From: Planctomycetota bacterium
GTDB lineage: Bacteria; Planctomycetota; UBA1135; UBA2386
Direction of reading: 5' to 3'
NCBI GenBank assembly: GCA_046290465.1
Contig: JBKAGP010000001.1
Location: forward strand, 736,001-800,000
Length of the DNA stretch: 64,000 nt
How positions within the stretch are numbered: the first letter of the stretch is position 1; each line of letters opens with the position of its first letter. The position numbers and the translations under genes are program-made. Positions 12,373-20,983 of this stretch are shown one piece after another. The notes below the pieces were generated by a model that searched no databases, was not told the origin of the DNA, and saw only the letters and a program-made list of their open reading frames with translations.

Positions 12373-12758
12373 CCGAGCTGCCGGACGATCAGCAGCACTT
12401 CGCTCCAGCTCGGGAACGGCCGGCCGTGCTGCTGCTTGAACGCGTCGATCGCGGCGATGAACTCGAGCACGTCGGCGTCGACCTCGGCCATCGTCGGCGC
12501 GGCGCGCTCCGGCTCGTTGGCCTTGGCCTTGCTCGCCTTGGCAGCCTGCTTCGAGCTGGTTCCCTTCGCGGGGGCAGCCTTGGTGGTCGTACCCTTCGCG
12601 TTGGCAGCCGTCTTGCGAGCCGGCTTCTTCGGAGTGGTGGTGCTCCGGGCCTTGCCGGCGGCAGACCGGCCGGCTTTGCTGCCAGCCTTGCTGCTGGCCT
12701 TCTTGGAGGCCTTCTTGCCGGCCTTCTTGCTGGCCTTGTTCTTGGTAGCGATCGCCAT
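12360..12758 (-). CDS. Histone H1-like K/A-rich protein with small C-terminal helical domain
   Basis: About 80 aa K/A/S/T-rich N-terminus; C-terminal EFIAAIDAFKQQHGRPFPSWSEVLLIVRQLGY. Confidence 0.75.
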   Translation of the reverse strand: MAIATKNKASKKAGKKASKKASSKAGSKAGRSAAGKARSTTTPKKPARKTAANAKGTTTKAAPAKGTSSKQAAKASKAKANEPERAAPTMAEVDADVLEFIAAIDAFKQQHGRPFPSWSEVLLIVRQLGYSR

Positions 12759-12768
12759 GGCAACCGGG

Positions 12769-13812
12769 TCATCGGCTGCCGACCATCGCCTCCTTGATAT
12801 TGGCGACGAACGGCGGCCGCAGCACGCCGATGTCGGTCACGATCCCGGCGACCAGCTGGTGCGGCGTCACGTCGAACGCCGGATTGCGGGCGCCGACGCC
12901 GGGCGGTGCGATCGGCAGGCCGTGCAGCGCCGTGACCTCGGTGGCATCGCGTTCTTCGATCGGGATGGCGTCTCCGTCGAAGAGGTCCATGTCGAACGTC
13001 GACAGCGGCGCGGCGCAGTAGAACGGCACGTTGGCGGCCGCGCATGCGAGCGCCAGCGGGTAGGTGCCGACCTTGTTGGCGAAGTCGCCGTTGCTGGCGA
13101 TGCGGTCGGCGCCGACGACGACCATCTGGACCTCGCCCTTGCGGATCAGGCCGGGCCCGGCGCCGTCGACGAGCACGCGCACCGGGATGCCCTCGCGATG
13201 CAGTTCGAGCGCCGTCAGCCGTGCGCCCTGCAGCAGCGGGCGGGTCTCGTCGGCGAGCACGTCGAAGCGGCGGCCCTGCCGCCAGGCCGCGAACAGCACC
13301 GCGAGGGCGGTGCCGTCGCCGGCGGTCGCCAGCCGGCCGGCGTTGCAGTGCGTCAGCACCGTGCCGCCCTCGGGCACCAGCGCCGCGCCGTGCTCGCCGA
13401 TGCCGCGCGCCATCGCCTCCTCGTCGGTGTGGATGCTGGCCGCCTCTCGGAACAGCGTGCGCAGGCTCGGGTCTCGCTGCACCGCCGCGACGCAGCGGTC
13501 GAGCGCCCAGCGCAGGTTGACCGCGGTCGGGCGCGCCGCGAACAGCCGGGCCGCGACGTCGCGCGTCGTCTGCACGAACGCGTCGGGCATCGGGTTGAGC
13601 TGGCGCACCCCGAGCACCAGCCCGTAGCCGGCCGCGACGCCGATCGCCGGTGCGCCGCGCACGCACAGTCGGTAGATGGCGTCGATGACGCCGTCGACGT
13701 CGCGCAGCTGCAGCACCTCTTCGTGGTGCGGCAGGCGGGTCTGGTCGAGCAGCTCGAGGTGGCCGTCGAGCTCCCCGACCCAGCGGATCGTCGGCGGCAG
13801 CGGGTGGCTCAT
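12769..13812 (-). CDS. mtnA: S-methyl-5-thioribose-1-phosphate isomerase
   Basis: LLDQTRLP, VRGAPAIG, RPTAVNL, THCNAGRLAT, ETRPLLQGARLT, GADRIASNGDFANKVGT, NPAFDVTP. Confidence 0.95.
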   Translation of the reverse strand: MSHPLPPTIRWVGELDGHLELLDQTRLPHHEEVLQLRDVDGVIDAIYRLCVRGAPAIGVAAGYGLVLGVRQLNPMPDAFVQTTRDVAARLFAARPTAVNLRWALDRCVAAVQRDPSLRTLFREAASIHTDEEAMARGIGEHGAALVPEGGTVLTHCNAGRLATAGDGTALAVLFAAWRQGRRFDVLADETRPLLQGARLTALELHREGIPVRVLVDGAGPGLIRKGEVQMVVVGADRIASNGDFANKVGTYPLALACAAANVPFYCAAPLSTFDMDLFDGDAIPIEERDATEVTALHGLPIAPPGVGARNPAFDVTPHQLVAGIVTDIGVLRPPFVANIKEAMVGSR

Positions 13813-14687
13813 CGGGTCAGGCGCTCCTGGATCTCCTGGTAGGTGCGGGCGGTCGACGCGACCACGTCGGCCGGCAGCGGCGGCGGCGGGGGAGCCTTGT
13901 CCCAGTCCTGCTGCAGCAGCCAGTTGCGCAGATGCTGCTTGTCGAACTGCTTCGGCTTGCCGCCGGGCGTGACCTCGTGCTTCGGCCAGAACCGGCTCGA
14001 GTCCGGCGTCAGGCACTCGTCGATCAGCATCAGTTCGCCTTCGTGCAGGCCGAACTCGAACTTGGTGTCGGCGATCACGATGCCGCGTTCGTTGGCGTGC
14101 TCGTTGCCCTTGGTGTAGAGCGCGATCGCGACGTCGCGGGCGCGCTCGGCGAGCTCGCGGCCGACCAGTTCGACCACGCGCTCGAAGTCGATCGGCTCGT
14201 CGTGGCCGCTGTCGGCCTTGGTCGACGGGGTCAGGATCGGTTGCTCGAAGCGGCTGGCGTGCTGCAGGCCGGCCGGCAGCGCCACGCCGCTGACCGCGCC
14301 CTCGCGCTGGTAGTCGAGCCAGCCAGAACCGGTCAGGTAGCCGCGCACGACCCACTCGACCGGCAGCGGCTCGCAGCGGCGGCAGCGCATCGCGCGGCCG
14401 CGCAGCGCGTCGCGGTATTCGGCCGGCACCTCCGGCCACGCGTCGACGTCGGTCGACAGCATGTGGTTGGGCACCACGTCGCGCAGCCGGTCGAGCCAGA
14501 ACGCGGTGGTCTCGGTCAGCACCCGGCCCTTGCCCGGGATGCCTTCGGCCATCACGACGTCGAACGCCGAGATGCGGTCGGTGGCGACCAGCAGCAGGTC
14601 GTCGCCGAGCGTGTAGATCTCGCGGACCTTGCCGCGCCCGAGACACTCGGTGAAGGGGAGGTCGAGTGCGAGTACCGCGTCGTTCAC
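13809..14687 (-). CDS. purC: SAICAR synthase
   Basis: GKVREIY, TDRISAFD, RGYLTGSG, TPSTKA, ADTKFEFG, TPDSSRFW, DKQ; ATGA overlap with mtnA. Confidence 0.96.
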   Translation of the reverse strand: MNDAVLALDLPFTECLGRGKVREIYTLGDDLLLVATDRISAFDVVMAEGIPGKGRVLTETTAFWLDRLRDVVPNHMLSTDVDAWPEVPAEYRDALRGRAMRCRRCEPLPVEWVVRGYLTGSGWLDYQREGAVSGVALPAGLQHASRFEQPILTPSTKADSGHDEPIDFERVVELVGRELAERARDVAIALYTKGNEHANERGIVIADTKFEFGLHEGELMLIDECLTPDSSRFWPKHEVTPGGKPKQFDKQHLRNWLLQQDWDKAPPPPPLPADVVASTARTYQEIQERLTR

Positions 14688-14730
14688 GGGGCCATCATGA
14701 AGGTTGGGGCGGCCCCGCGGCAAGCGTCGG

Positions 14731-15921
14731 CTACGGCGCGTCGGCCTGGCGCACGCCGAAGCCGAAGTTCAGCTCCGGGATGTTGTTGGGGCGCAGCTCC
14801 TCGAAGTCGTCGACGAACGCGAACGAGTTGTAGCTCTTGTCGATCGCCGCGAACCAGGTCTCGTTGGTGCCGCTGATGCTGATCGTCAGGCCGCCGTCGG
14901 CCGCCAGCGAGTAGGTACCGATGTACGAGAAGTCGGCGCCGGTGTTGCCGGTCGCGTCGAGGCGGAAGCCGCCCTGCGGCGTCAGCGTGACCGTGCCGAT
15001 GAACGAGTCCGAGCCCGAGTTGCTCGGGTTGACGAACAGCGTGTGGCCGCCGACCAGGAACGTGCCGGGCACGCGCACCGAGTCGACCGGGGTCGTCGGC
15101 GCGTCGAACTTGCGGATCATCGTGAGCAGCCCGGCCTCGCCGTCGCCGCTGTTCTCGTCGACGCCGAAGATCACGTTCTCGGTGCCGGCCGACTCGATGA
15201 TGCGCGCGTCGGCGGCCTGGCCGGTCAGCTGGTAGTCGAGCGTCAGGTTCATCGCGCCGGTGCCGTTGTTCTCGGCGTCCAGCAGGTTCTGGATGGTGCC
15301 GCCGAACGTCAGCGCCGACGTGCCCTGGAAGCCGGTGCCGCTGATGGTGCGCTGCGTGCCCGGCGCGCCGGCAGTGATGCTGACGGCACCGTGGGCGCCG
15401 CGGCCGACGTTGCTCGGCGACAGGATCGTCTGGTCGAACACGACGTGCAGCGACAGCACGTGCCAGGCGCCCTCGAGCTCGACCTGGCCGGTGACCAGGC
15501 GCGTGCCGAAGAACATGCCGATGCGCGGGCTGCCGTTCGACGTGACCCGGTCGGTGAAAAAGTAGTCCGGTTCGTTGGCGACCAGGCCGTAGCCGCCGAG
15601 GAACACCTGCGACGGTTCGTTGCCGCTGCCGGTCACGTAGATCGAGAACGTGCCGTCGTTCTCGAGCGCGTAGCGATCGGCGCCCGACGTGCCCGACGCG
15701 CGCGTGACCGTGTAGGTGCTGTCGTCGAACAGGTTGAGCAGACCGCGGTCCGTCTGCACCGCGTTGGCGGGCACCGGGAACTGGCCGAAGCCGGCGAGGC
15801 TGCGCAGCGCGAACAGGTGGTGCTGGGCGGCGATCTTGACCTCGCTCTGCGGACGGTCCTCCTCGCCGCCTTCGGCGCAGGAGACCAGGAACAGGACGGG
15901 AACGAACCAGAGGGTCTTCAT
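14731..15921 (-). CDS. Beta-rich lipoprotein with about 3 internal repeats
   Basis: Lipobox FLVSC; repeated YxLxxDGxxxIxxxG segments. Confidence 0.7.
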   Translation of the reverse strand: MKTLWFVPVLFLVSCAEGGEEDRPQSEVKIAAQHHLFALRSLAGFGQFPVPANAVQTDRGLLNLFDDSTYTVTRASGTSGADRYALENDGTFSIYVTGSGNEPSQVFLGGYGLVANEPDYFFTDRVTSNGSPRIGMFFGTRLVTGQVELEGAWHVLSLHVVFDQTILSPSNVGRGAHGAVSITAGAPGTQRTISGTGFQGTSALTFGGTIQNLLDAENNGTGAMNLTLDYQLTGQAADARIIESAGTENVIFGVDENSGDGEAGLLTMIRKFDAPTTPVDSVRVPGTFLVGGHTLFVNPSNSGSDSFIGTVTLTPQGGFRLDATGNTGADFSYIGTYSLAADGGLTISISGTNETWFAAIDKSYNSFAFVDDFEELRPNNIPELNFGFGVRQADAP

Positions 15922-16145
15922 CAAGGTGGCGGCAGTTTAGAGGCAAACGCCCGGATGCGACACACACCCGGGAGAAGACGCCCGCCGCGCTCGGGCCCGG
16001 ATCGGCGGTTGCGTCGGTGGCGTGGGGGCGTCCGCCGCATCGGAGCCAGGGCGTCGCGCCGTGCAGCGAGGCCGCCAAAACGGTCTGGGACGCGCTCGTG
16101 GCCCGTGCTGGCAAGCGGGCGGGGTTGGCCATACGTTCGCGCGCG

Positions 16146-17189
16146 ATGCGAGCGGCCAAGGTGGGCGGTTGGGTGCTGATCTCGGGGATGGCCGCGTGGT
16201 CGGGCTGCGTCAGCAAACCGCGGCTGCAGGGCCCCCTGCCGGTGCGCAACCAGCACCCGGCGCAGCTGATGGTCCTGCACCTCGATCCGGCCGGCGCCGC
16301 GGTGCTGCCGGCCGGGCAGACCTCTTGGCGCGCGGACCTCGCCTACACCAGCCTGTTTTTGAACGGCAGCAACCCGCAGGGTGCGTGGTTCATGGACGGC
16401 GAGGTGCTGCGGGCCGCGCTCGACGCCAAGGTCGGCCTCGGCGAAGGGCTGCAGCTCGGCCTGCAGCTGCCGTTCGCGCACACCAGCGGCGGCTTCCTCG
16501 ACGACTTCATCATCGACTACCACGACCTGTTCGGATTCCCGGACCAGAACCGCAGCACCAGCCCGAAGGACGAGTTCGTGGTCAACGCCAGCCAGGGCGC
16601 CACGACGGTCTGGTCGAAGCAGGAGAGCGGCGCCGAACTGCTCGACGTGCCGGTGCACCTGGCCTGGCAGCTGCAGCCGCCCGGCGACGAACGGCTCGGG
16701 CTGACGCTGCGCGGCGGCTTCGAGCTGCCGACCGGCGACCAGGACGCCGGCTACGGCAACGGCGAGGTCGACTTCGCGTTCGGCGTCGTCGCCGAGTACC
16801 GCCGCGCCGGCATCGGCTACTCGATGACCGCGCAGCACACGTTCGCCGGCACGCCGCGGCCGTCGCGGGACGTCGGCTTCGCGTGGCAGGACGTCACGTC
16901 GATCGGCGGCGCGATCGAGCTGCCGCTCAGCCAGGACCTGGCCGCGATCGTGCAGGCCGAGTGGGAGACGTCGACGCTGCGCGAGCTGGGGCCGCGGGTC
17001 GCATCGCGCGAACAGCTGTTGCTGTGGGTCGGCGGCCGCTGGAACCCGACGCCGGACTGGGCGGTCGAGATCGGCTTCGGCGAGGACCTGATTGGGCTGG
17101 CGTCGCCGGACTTCACCGCGTGGCTGGCGTTCCAGTGGACGCCGGGCATCGGCTCGCGGGCCGCGGGCGGGCGGCGGCGACCGAGGTGA
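16146..17189 (+). CDS. DUF3187-family putative outer-membrane protein
   Basis: PLPVRNQHP, DGE, SGGFLDDFIIDYHDLFGFP, GFELPTGD, FGEDL..SPDFT. Confidence 0.75.
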   Translation: MRAAKVGGWVLISGMAAWSGCVSKPRLQGPLPVRNQHPAQLMVLHLDPAGAAVLPAGQTSWRADLAYTSLFLNGSNPQGAWFMDGEVLRAALDAKVGLGEGLQLGLQLPFAHTSGGFLDDFIIDYHDLFGFPDQNRSTSPKDEFVVNASQGATTVWSKQESGAELLDVPVHLAWQLQPPGDERLGLTLRGGFELPTGDQDAGYGNGEVDFAFGVVAEYRRAGIGYSMTAQHTFAGTPRPSRDVGFAWQDVTSIGGAIELPLSQDLAAIVQAEWETSTLRELGPRVASREQLLLWVGGRWNPTPDWAVEIGFGEDLIGLASPDFTAWLAFQWTPGIGSRAAGGRRRPR

Positions 17190-17230
17190 TCCCGGTCTCC
17201 CGATCGCGGTCTCCCGATCCCGGGCCTCCC
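17188..17230 (+). repeat. 14-15-nt tandem repeat x3
   Basis: gatcccggtctccc gatcgcggtctccc gatcccgggcctccc. Confidence 0.8.
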
Positions 17231-17238
17231 CATCTCGA

Positions 17239-17266
17239 GTTTTACATAACATATCTTATCGGAACA
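17239..17266 (-). other. dif-like XerC/XerD recombination site
   Basis: Minus strand TGTTCCGATAA-GATATG-TTATGTAAAAC, in 11-6-11 layout like E. coli dif GGTGCGCATAA-TGTATA-TTATGTTAAAT; AT-rich patch between convergent genes. Confidence 0.85.
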
Positions 17267-17380
17267 TGGCGAACGGTCTGCCCACGGAGGAACGGGTCTC
17301 GTTCGGCGCCGCGTTCCGGTTCGTCACGCTGGCCGGCCGGCGCCTGCAGGCGCGCGGCGACAGCCTGGCCGTCGCCGCCG

Positions 17381-18793
17381 TCAGTGGCCTGCTGGCGCGC
17401 ACGGCCCGTCGCTGACCAGCCAGCCCTGCTGGTAGAGCCACTGCACGGCGTCGTGCACGTCGCGCGGGCTCAGCACGAACAGCCGCGGATCCATGCGGGC
17501 CTGCTCGATCACGTCGTCGATCGACGCATGGGTGCGCAACAGCGGCCACAGCGCCGCCGTCGGCACCCGCCCGATGCGGGCCACCTCGGAGCCGCGGCGA
17601 ACGTCCGTGACGCCGTCGACCTCGGCGAAGCCGTCGCCGTGGCGCATCAGCACGTGCCGGGCCTCGACGTCCGCGTGCCACTGCACCGGCTGCGTGTGCT
17701 GCAGCAGCGGCGGGTCCGGTCGCTGGCGGCGCGCGCGCCAGAACGGCTGCGTCGAAAAGCGCAGCTCCCGTTCGTAGAAGCCGGCGCTGGTCCGGTCGTG
17801 CAGCGCGCACAGCTGTCGTTCCCACAGCGCGTGCAGGCGGCGCAGCCGCGGCCACCAGTCCGGACGGCGCAGGGCCGCGAGGATCGCCGCGGTCGCGTGG
17901 TCCGCCGCCGCGACCGCCTTCTCGACTCCCTGGCTGGCCAGCGGGTCGATCGTTCCGGCCGCGTCGCCCAGCACGAGGTCGTCGCCGCCGTCGGCACGGA
18001 CCCGCGGGCTGGCGTCGTTGGCGCGCACGACCTCGACCGCGCCCATGCGCGCAGCGGGGCCGTGGGCGTGGGCGAGCATCGCGTCGACCCGCTCACGCAG
18101 TCCCCCATCGCGCCGCTGGCCGTCAGGCGTCTGGCCATCGCGACTCTGGCCGTCGCCGCTGCGGGCGTCGAGCAGCGCTGCGACGCTGGCCGGTCCCTCT
18201 TGCGGGCAGTGGCTCCACAGCCAACCGTCGGCGACCGCCTCGACGACGGCCGTGCCGCGATCCTGACGGTCCGGCTGGCCGCGCAGCGTCACCGCCAGCG
18301 TGCGGCGCTCGCCGCGCCGGTACGGAGGCAGCCCGGCCAGGCCCTGGCGGCGGCCGGTCGCCACCGCGGTCAGCCGGGGGGCGATCAGGTCGTCGCCGCA
18401 GAGCCAGCCGTCGCGCACCCGCTCGGCGCGGGTTCGTTCGTAGACGTGCGCGCCGGCGGTCGCGGCGGCCCGCCGGAGCGCGCGGTCGAACGTGCCGCGC
18501 TGCAGCAGCAGGCCGGGCGTCGGGTCGTCGCGCCAGGTCAGGTCTTCGCCTCCCCAGATCGCGCCGTGGCGCAGCGGGTCGACGCGAACGCCGTCGTGCA
18601 CCGCGTCGAGCAGGCCCATGCGCCGCCAGACCTCGCCGGTGCCGGCGAGCACCGTCTCGTAGGGGCCGCTGTAGTGCGCGCGGCCGTCGTCGACCAGCGT
18701 CACCGCGACGCCGTGCCTGGCCAGCATCCAGGCGAGGGCGGCGCCGGCGGCGCCGCCCCCCACGACCAGGCAGTCCCGCTGCAGTGCGTGCAC
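17381..18793 (-). CDS. FAD-dependent oxidoreductase (halogenase/geranylgeranyl reductase superfamily)
   Basis: VVGGGAAG, RGTFDRAL, ATGR, GWLW, GDAAGTIDPLASQG. Confidence 0.8.
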   Translation of the reverse strand: MHALQRDCLVVGGGAAGAALAWMLARHGVAVTLVDDGRAHYSGPYETVLAGTGEVWRRMGLLDAVHDGVRVDPLRHGAIWGGEDLTWRDDPTPGLLLQRGTFDRALRRAAATAGAHVYERTRAERVRDGWLCGDDLIAPRLTAVATGRRQGLAGLPPYRRGERRTLAVTLRGQPDRQDRGTAVVEAVADGWLWSHCPQEGPASVAALLDARSGDGQSRDGQTPDGQRRDGGLRERVDAMLAHAHGPAARMGAVEVVRANDASPRVRADGGDDLVLGDAAGTIDPLASQGVEKAVAAADHATAAILAALRRPDWWPRLRRLHALWERQLCALHDRTSAGFYERELRFSTQPFWRARRQRPDPPLLQHTQPVQWHADVEARHVLMRHGDGFAEVDGVTDVRRGSEVARIGRVPTAALWPLLRTHASIDDVIEQARMDPRLFVLSPRDVHDAVQWLYQQGWLVSDGPCAPAGH

Positions 18794-18840
18794 GCGGGCA
18801 GGCTACGCCGCGGCCGCCCGGTTGGCCACGCCGAGGCGGC

Positions 18841-20916
18841 CTACCTGGCCGCGCCGACGGCCCGCTGCACCTGTTCGCCGAGCGCGACCTGCAGGCTGGT
18901 GAAGCCGGCGTAGTGCACGGTGCGCGCCGGCACGCTGGCGGCGCGCGCCAGCTCGAGCGCCGGCTCGGTGGTCTCGTGCCGGTTCCAGTGCAGCAGGATC
19001 AGCACGTCGACGCCGCTCTTGATCCGGTCCTGGATGGTCGAGACGGTCTTTTGCGGCGAGGTGTAGTTGGTCATCAGCCACTCGCCCTCGAAGCCCCACT
19101 CCTTGCCGAGCTTGTCGAGACGCGGGTGGTGGCGACGCTGCCGTTCGTTGCCGCCGACGACCAGCACGCGCGGCGCGCGGCCGAGATCCTTCTTCAGCGC
19201 GTTGAAGGCGGCCTTGGCCTGGTCGCCGCTCTGCGGCGCTTCGTCGTCGAGTTCGAGCAGCTTCTCGATCGCCTGCAGGTCGTCGGGCGCCAGCTCCGGG
19301 TAGACGCAGTTGACCTCCTGCAGCAGCGCGTAGGCCTGCTGCAACGCCTCGACGTCCTTGCGCGCCTTCAGCGAACGCGCGACCGCGACCTGCAGCGCGG
19401 CCCGGTCGTACTCGCGTCCCTCGAGTTCGTCGTAGCAGTGCATCAGCTCGACCTTGATCTCGACGTGGTCGAGGGCCTGGCCGACCAGCTCCTCGTTCTG
19501 CAGCAGCTTCTCGAGCTGCTCGAACTTGCCGCGCTGGCTCAGCAGCTCGCGGATCTCGGCGTAGCAGGCGCGCGCCTGGTCCTGTTCGCCGAGCATGTTG
19601 TGCGCGGTCAGCACCACGCCGAGCGCCTCGATGCGCTGGTCGAGGTCGACGGCGACCTCGAGCACGCGGCGGGCGGCGCGCAGCGCCGGGGTCGCCTCGC
19701 CGAGCGCCTGGTATTCGAGCGCGACGAACAGCAGCTGGTCCGGCGTCGAGCCGCGGCCGATGTCGACGGCGTCGAGGAAGCGCAGCGACAGCTGGCGGTC
19801 CAGCTTCTTCAGCGCCTCGTGCACCGAGTAGAAGCTCTCGAGGTCGGGCTTGACGGTCTCCAGCGACTGCTCCATCAACTTCAGCGCCCGCGTCTGTTCG
19901 GTCGGGTCGCCCGCCGTCAGCAGCGCGGCGGCCTGGAAGAAGCGCGCGCGGTCGCGCAGCTCGACGTCGCGGCCTTCGAGTCGGCGCAGGCACTGGATGG
20001 ACCGGTCGAAGCCACGCGCGGCGACGTGCAGGTCGCCGGTCTCGTAGGCCAGCAGGCTGCGCAGGTAGACGGCTTCGGGAGCGGCGTGCTCCGGCTGCTC
20101 GCTGACGTGGCGCAGCCGCTCGAGCGCCGCGTCGCGCTCGACGCGTTCGGCGCGCGGGTCGACGCTGACGGTGTCGTGCTGGCGCAGTTCGCCGAGTGCG
20201 GCGACCAGCGCTGCCGAGCTCTCCAGCATCGCATGGCCGGTGGCGAGCTGCTGCGCCTTTTCGGCGGTGGTGATCGCCATCTCCCATTCGCTCGCCTCGA
20301 GCAGGCGTTCGGCCAGCGCACGGTGGTAGCGCGCCTGCACGTCGACCGGCAGCCGTTCGAACCCGGACATGCCGAGGATCTTGCCGAGGATCGACGCCGT
20401 GCTCTCCTGGTCGTCGGTGTCGATGCGGGTCTCGAGCCGCGTCAGCAGGTCGGTGACCGCGGCATCGACGATGGTCTCGAGCTCGCTCGAGTCGGGCTCG
20501 GCGGCGAGGTACTGGATCGCGCGCACGGCCAGCTTGATGTCCCCCGACCAGAACAGCGAGCGCACCACCAGCGGCAGCGCGTTGCCGGCGACCATCGGGT
20601 CGCCGAGCAGGTCGAGCAGCAGCTGCGGGTCCTCGAGCGTCGCGGCGATCTTCTCGCGATCGCCCTTGCGGTCGTAGGCGCGCACGGTGCCGAACAGCCG
20701 CCAGCGGCGACTGCGCACCTCCTCCGAACTGCTCGGCAGCTCGATGCCGAGCAGCGCGCCCGCATACCCGAACAGGAAGCTCTGGCCGGGACGACCGCCG
20801 GCGATCTCACCGTAGTCGAGCAGCTGGCGGCGGACCGCGTCGGTCTTGCTCTGGTCCTTCTCGGCGAGATGGATCTGCTGCATCAGCAGCCGATCGAGTG
20901 CTGTCTCCCAACCCAT
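18841..20916 (-). CDS. Alpha-solenoid (TPR-like) protein with C-terminal DUF2325-like domain
   Basis: Helical repeats; C-terminal RVLVVGGN...VDVLILLHWNRH. Confidence 0.65.
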   Translation of the reverse strand: MGWETALDRLLMQQIHLAEKDQSKTDAVRRQLLDYGEIAGGRPGQSFLFGYAGALLGIELPSSSEEVRSRRWRLFGTVRAYDRKGDREKIAATLEDPQLLLDLLGDPMVAGNALPLVVRSLFWSGDIKLAVRAIQYLAAEPDSSELETIVDAAVTDLLTRLETRIDTDDQESTASILGKILGMSGFERLPVDVQARYHRALAERLLEASEWEMAITTAEKAQQLATGHAMLESSAALVAALGELRQHDTVSVDPRAERVERDAALERLRHVSEQPEHAAPEAVYLRSLLAYETGDLHVAARGFDRSIQCLRRLEGRDVELRDRARFFQAAALLTAGDPTEQTRALKLMEQSLETVKPDLESFYSVHEALKKLDRQLSLRFLDAVDIGRGSTPDQLLFVALEYQALGEATPALRAARRVLEVAVDLDQRIEALGVVLTAHNMLGEQDQARACYAEIRELLSQRGKFEQLEKLLQNEELVGQALDHVEIKVELMHCYDELEGREYDRAALQVAVARSLKARKDVEALQQAYALLQEVNCVYPELAPDDLQAIEKLLELDDEAPQSGDQAKAAFNALKKDLGRAPRVLVVGGNERQRRHHPRLDKLGKEWGFEGEWLMTNYTSPQKTVSTIQDRIKSGVDVLILLHWNRHETTEPALELARAASVPARTVHYAGFTSLQVALGEQVQRAVGAAR

Positions 20917-20983
20917 GGAGACGCCTATCGGGCGCTTTGGCGGCGGCGCTGGTCGCGGGCCGCCAACGCGCGATGCGACCGCG

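Noticed and set aside
17266..17415. 49-aa ORF (MANGLPTEERVSF...) as a RiPP precursor for the flavin enzyme
   Set aside because: Starts at the edge of the dif-like site, overlaps the oxidoreductase end, no RBS or precursor features
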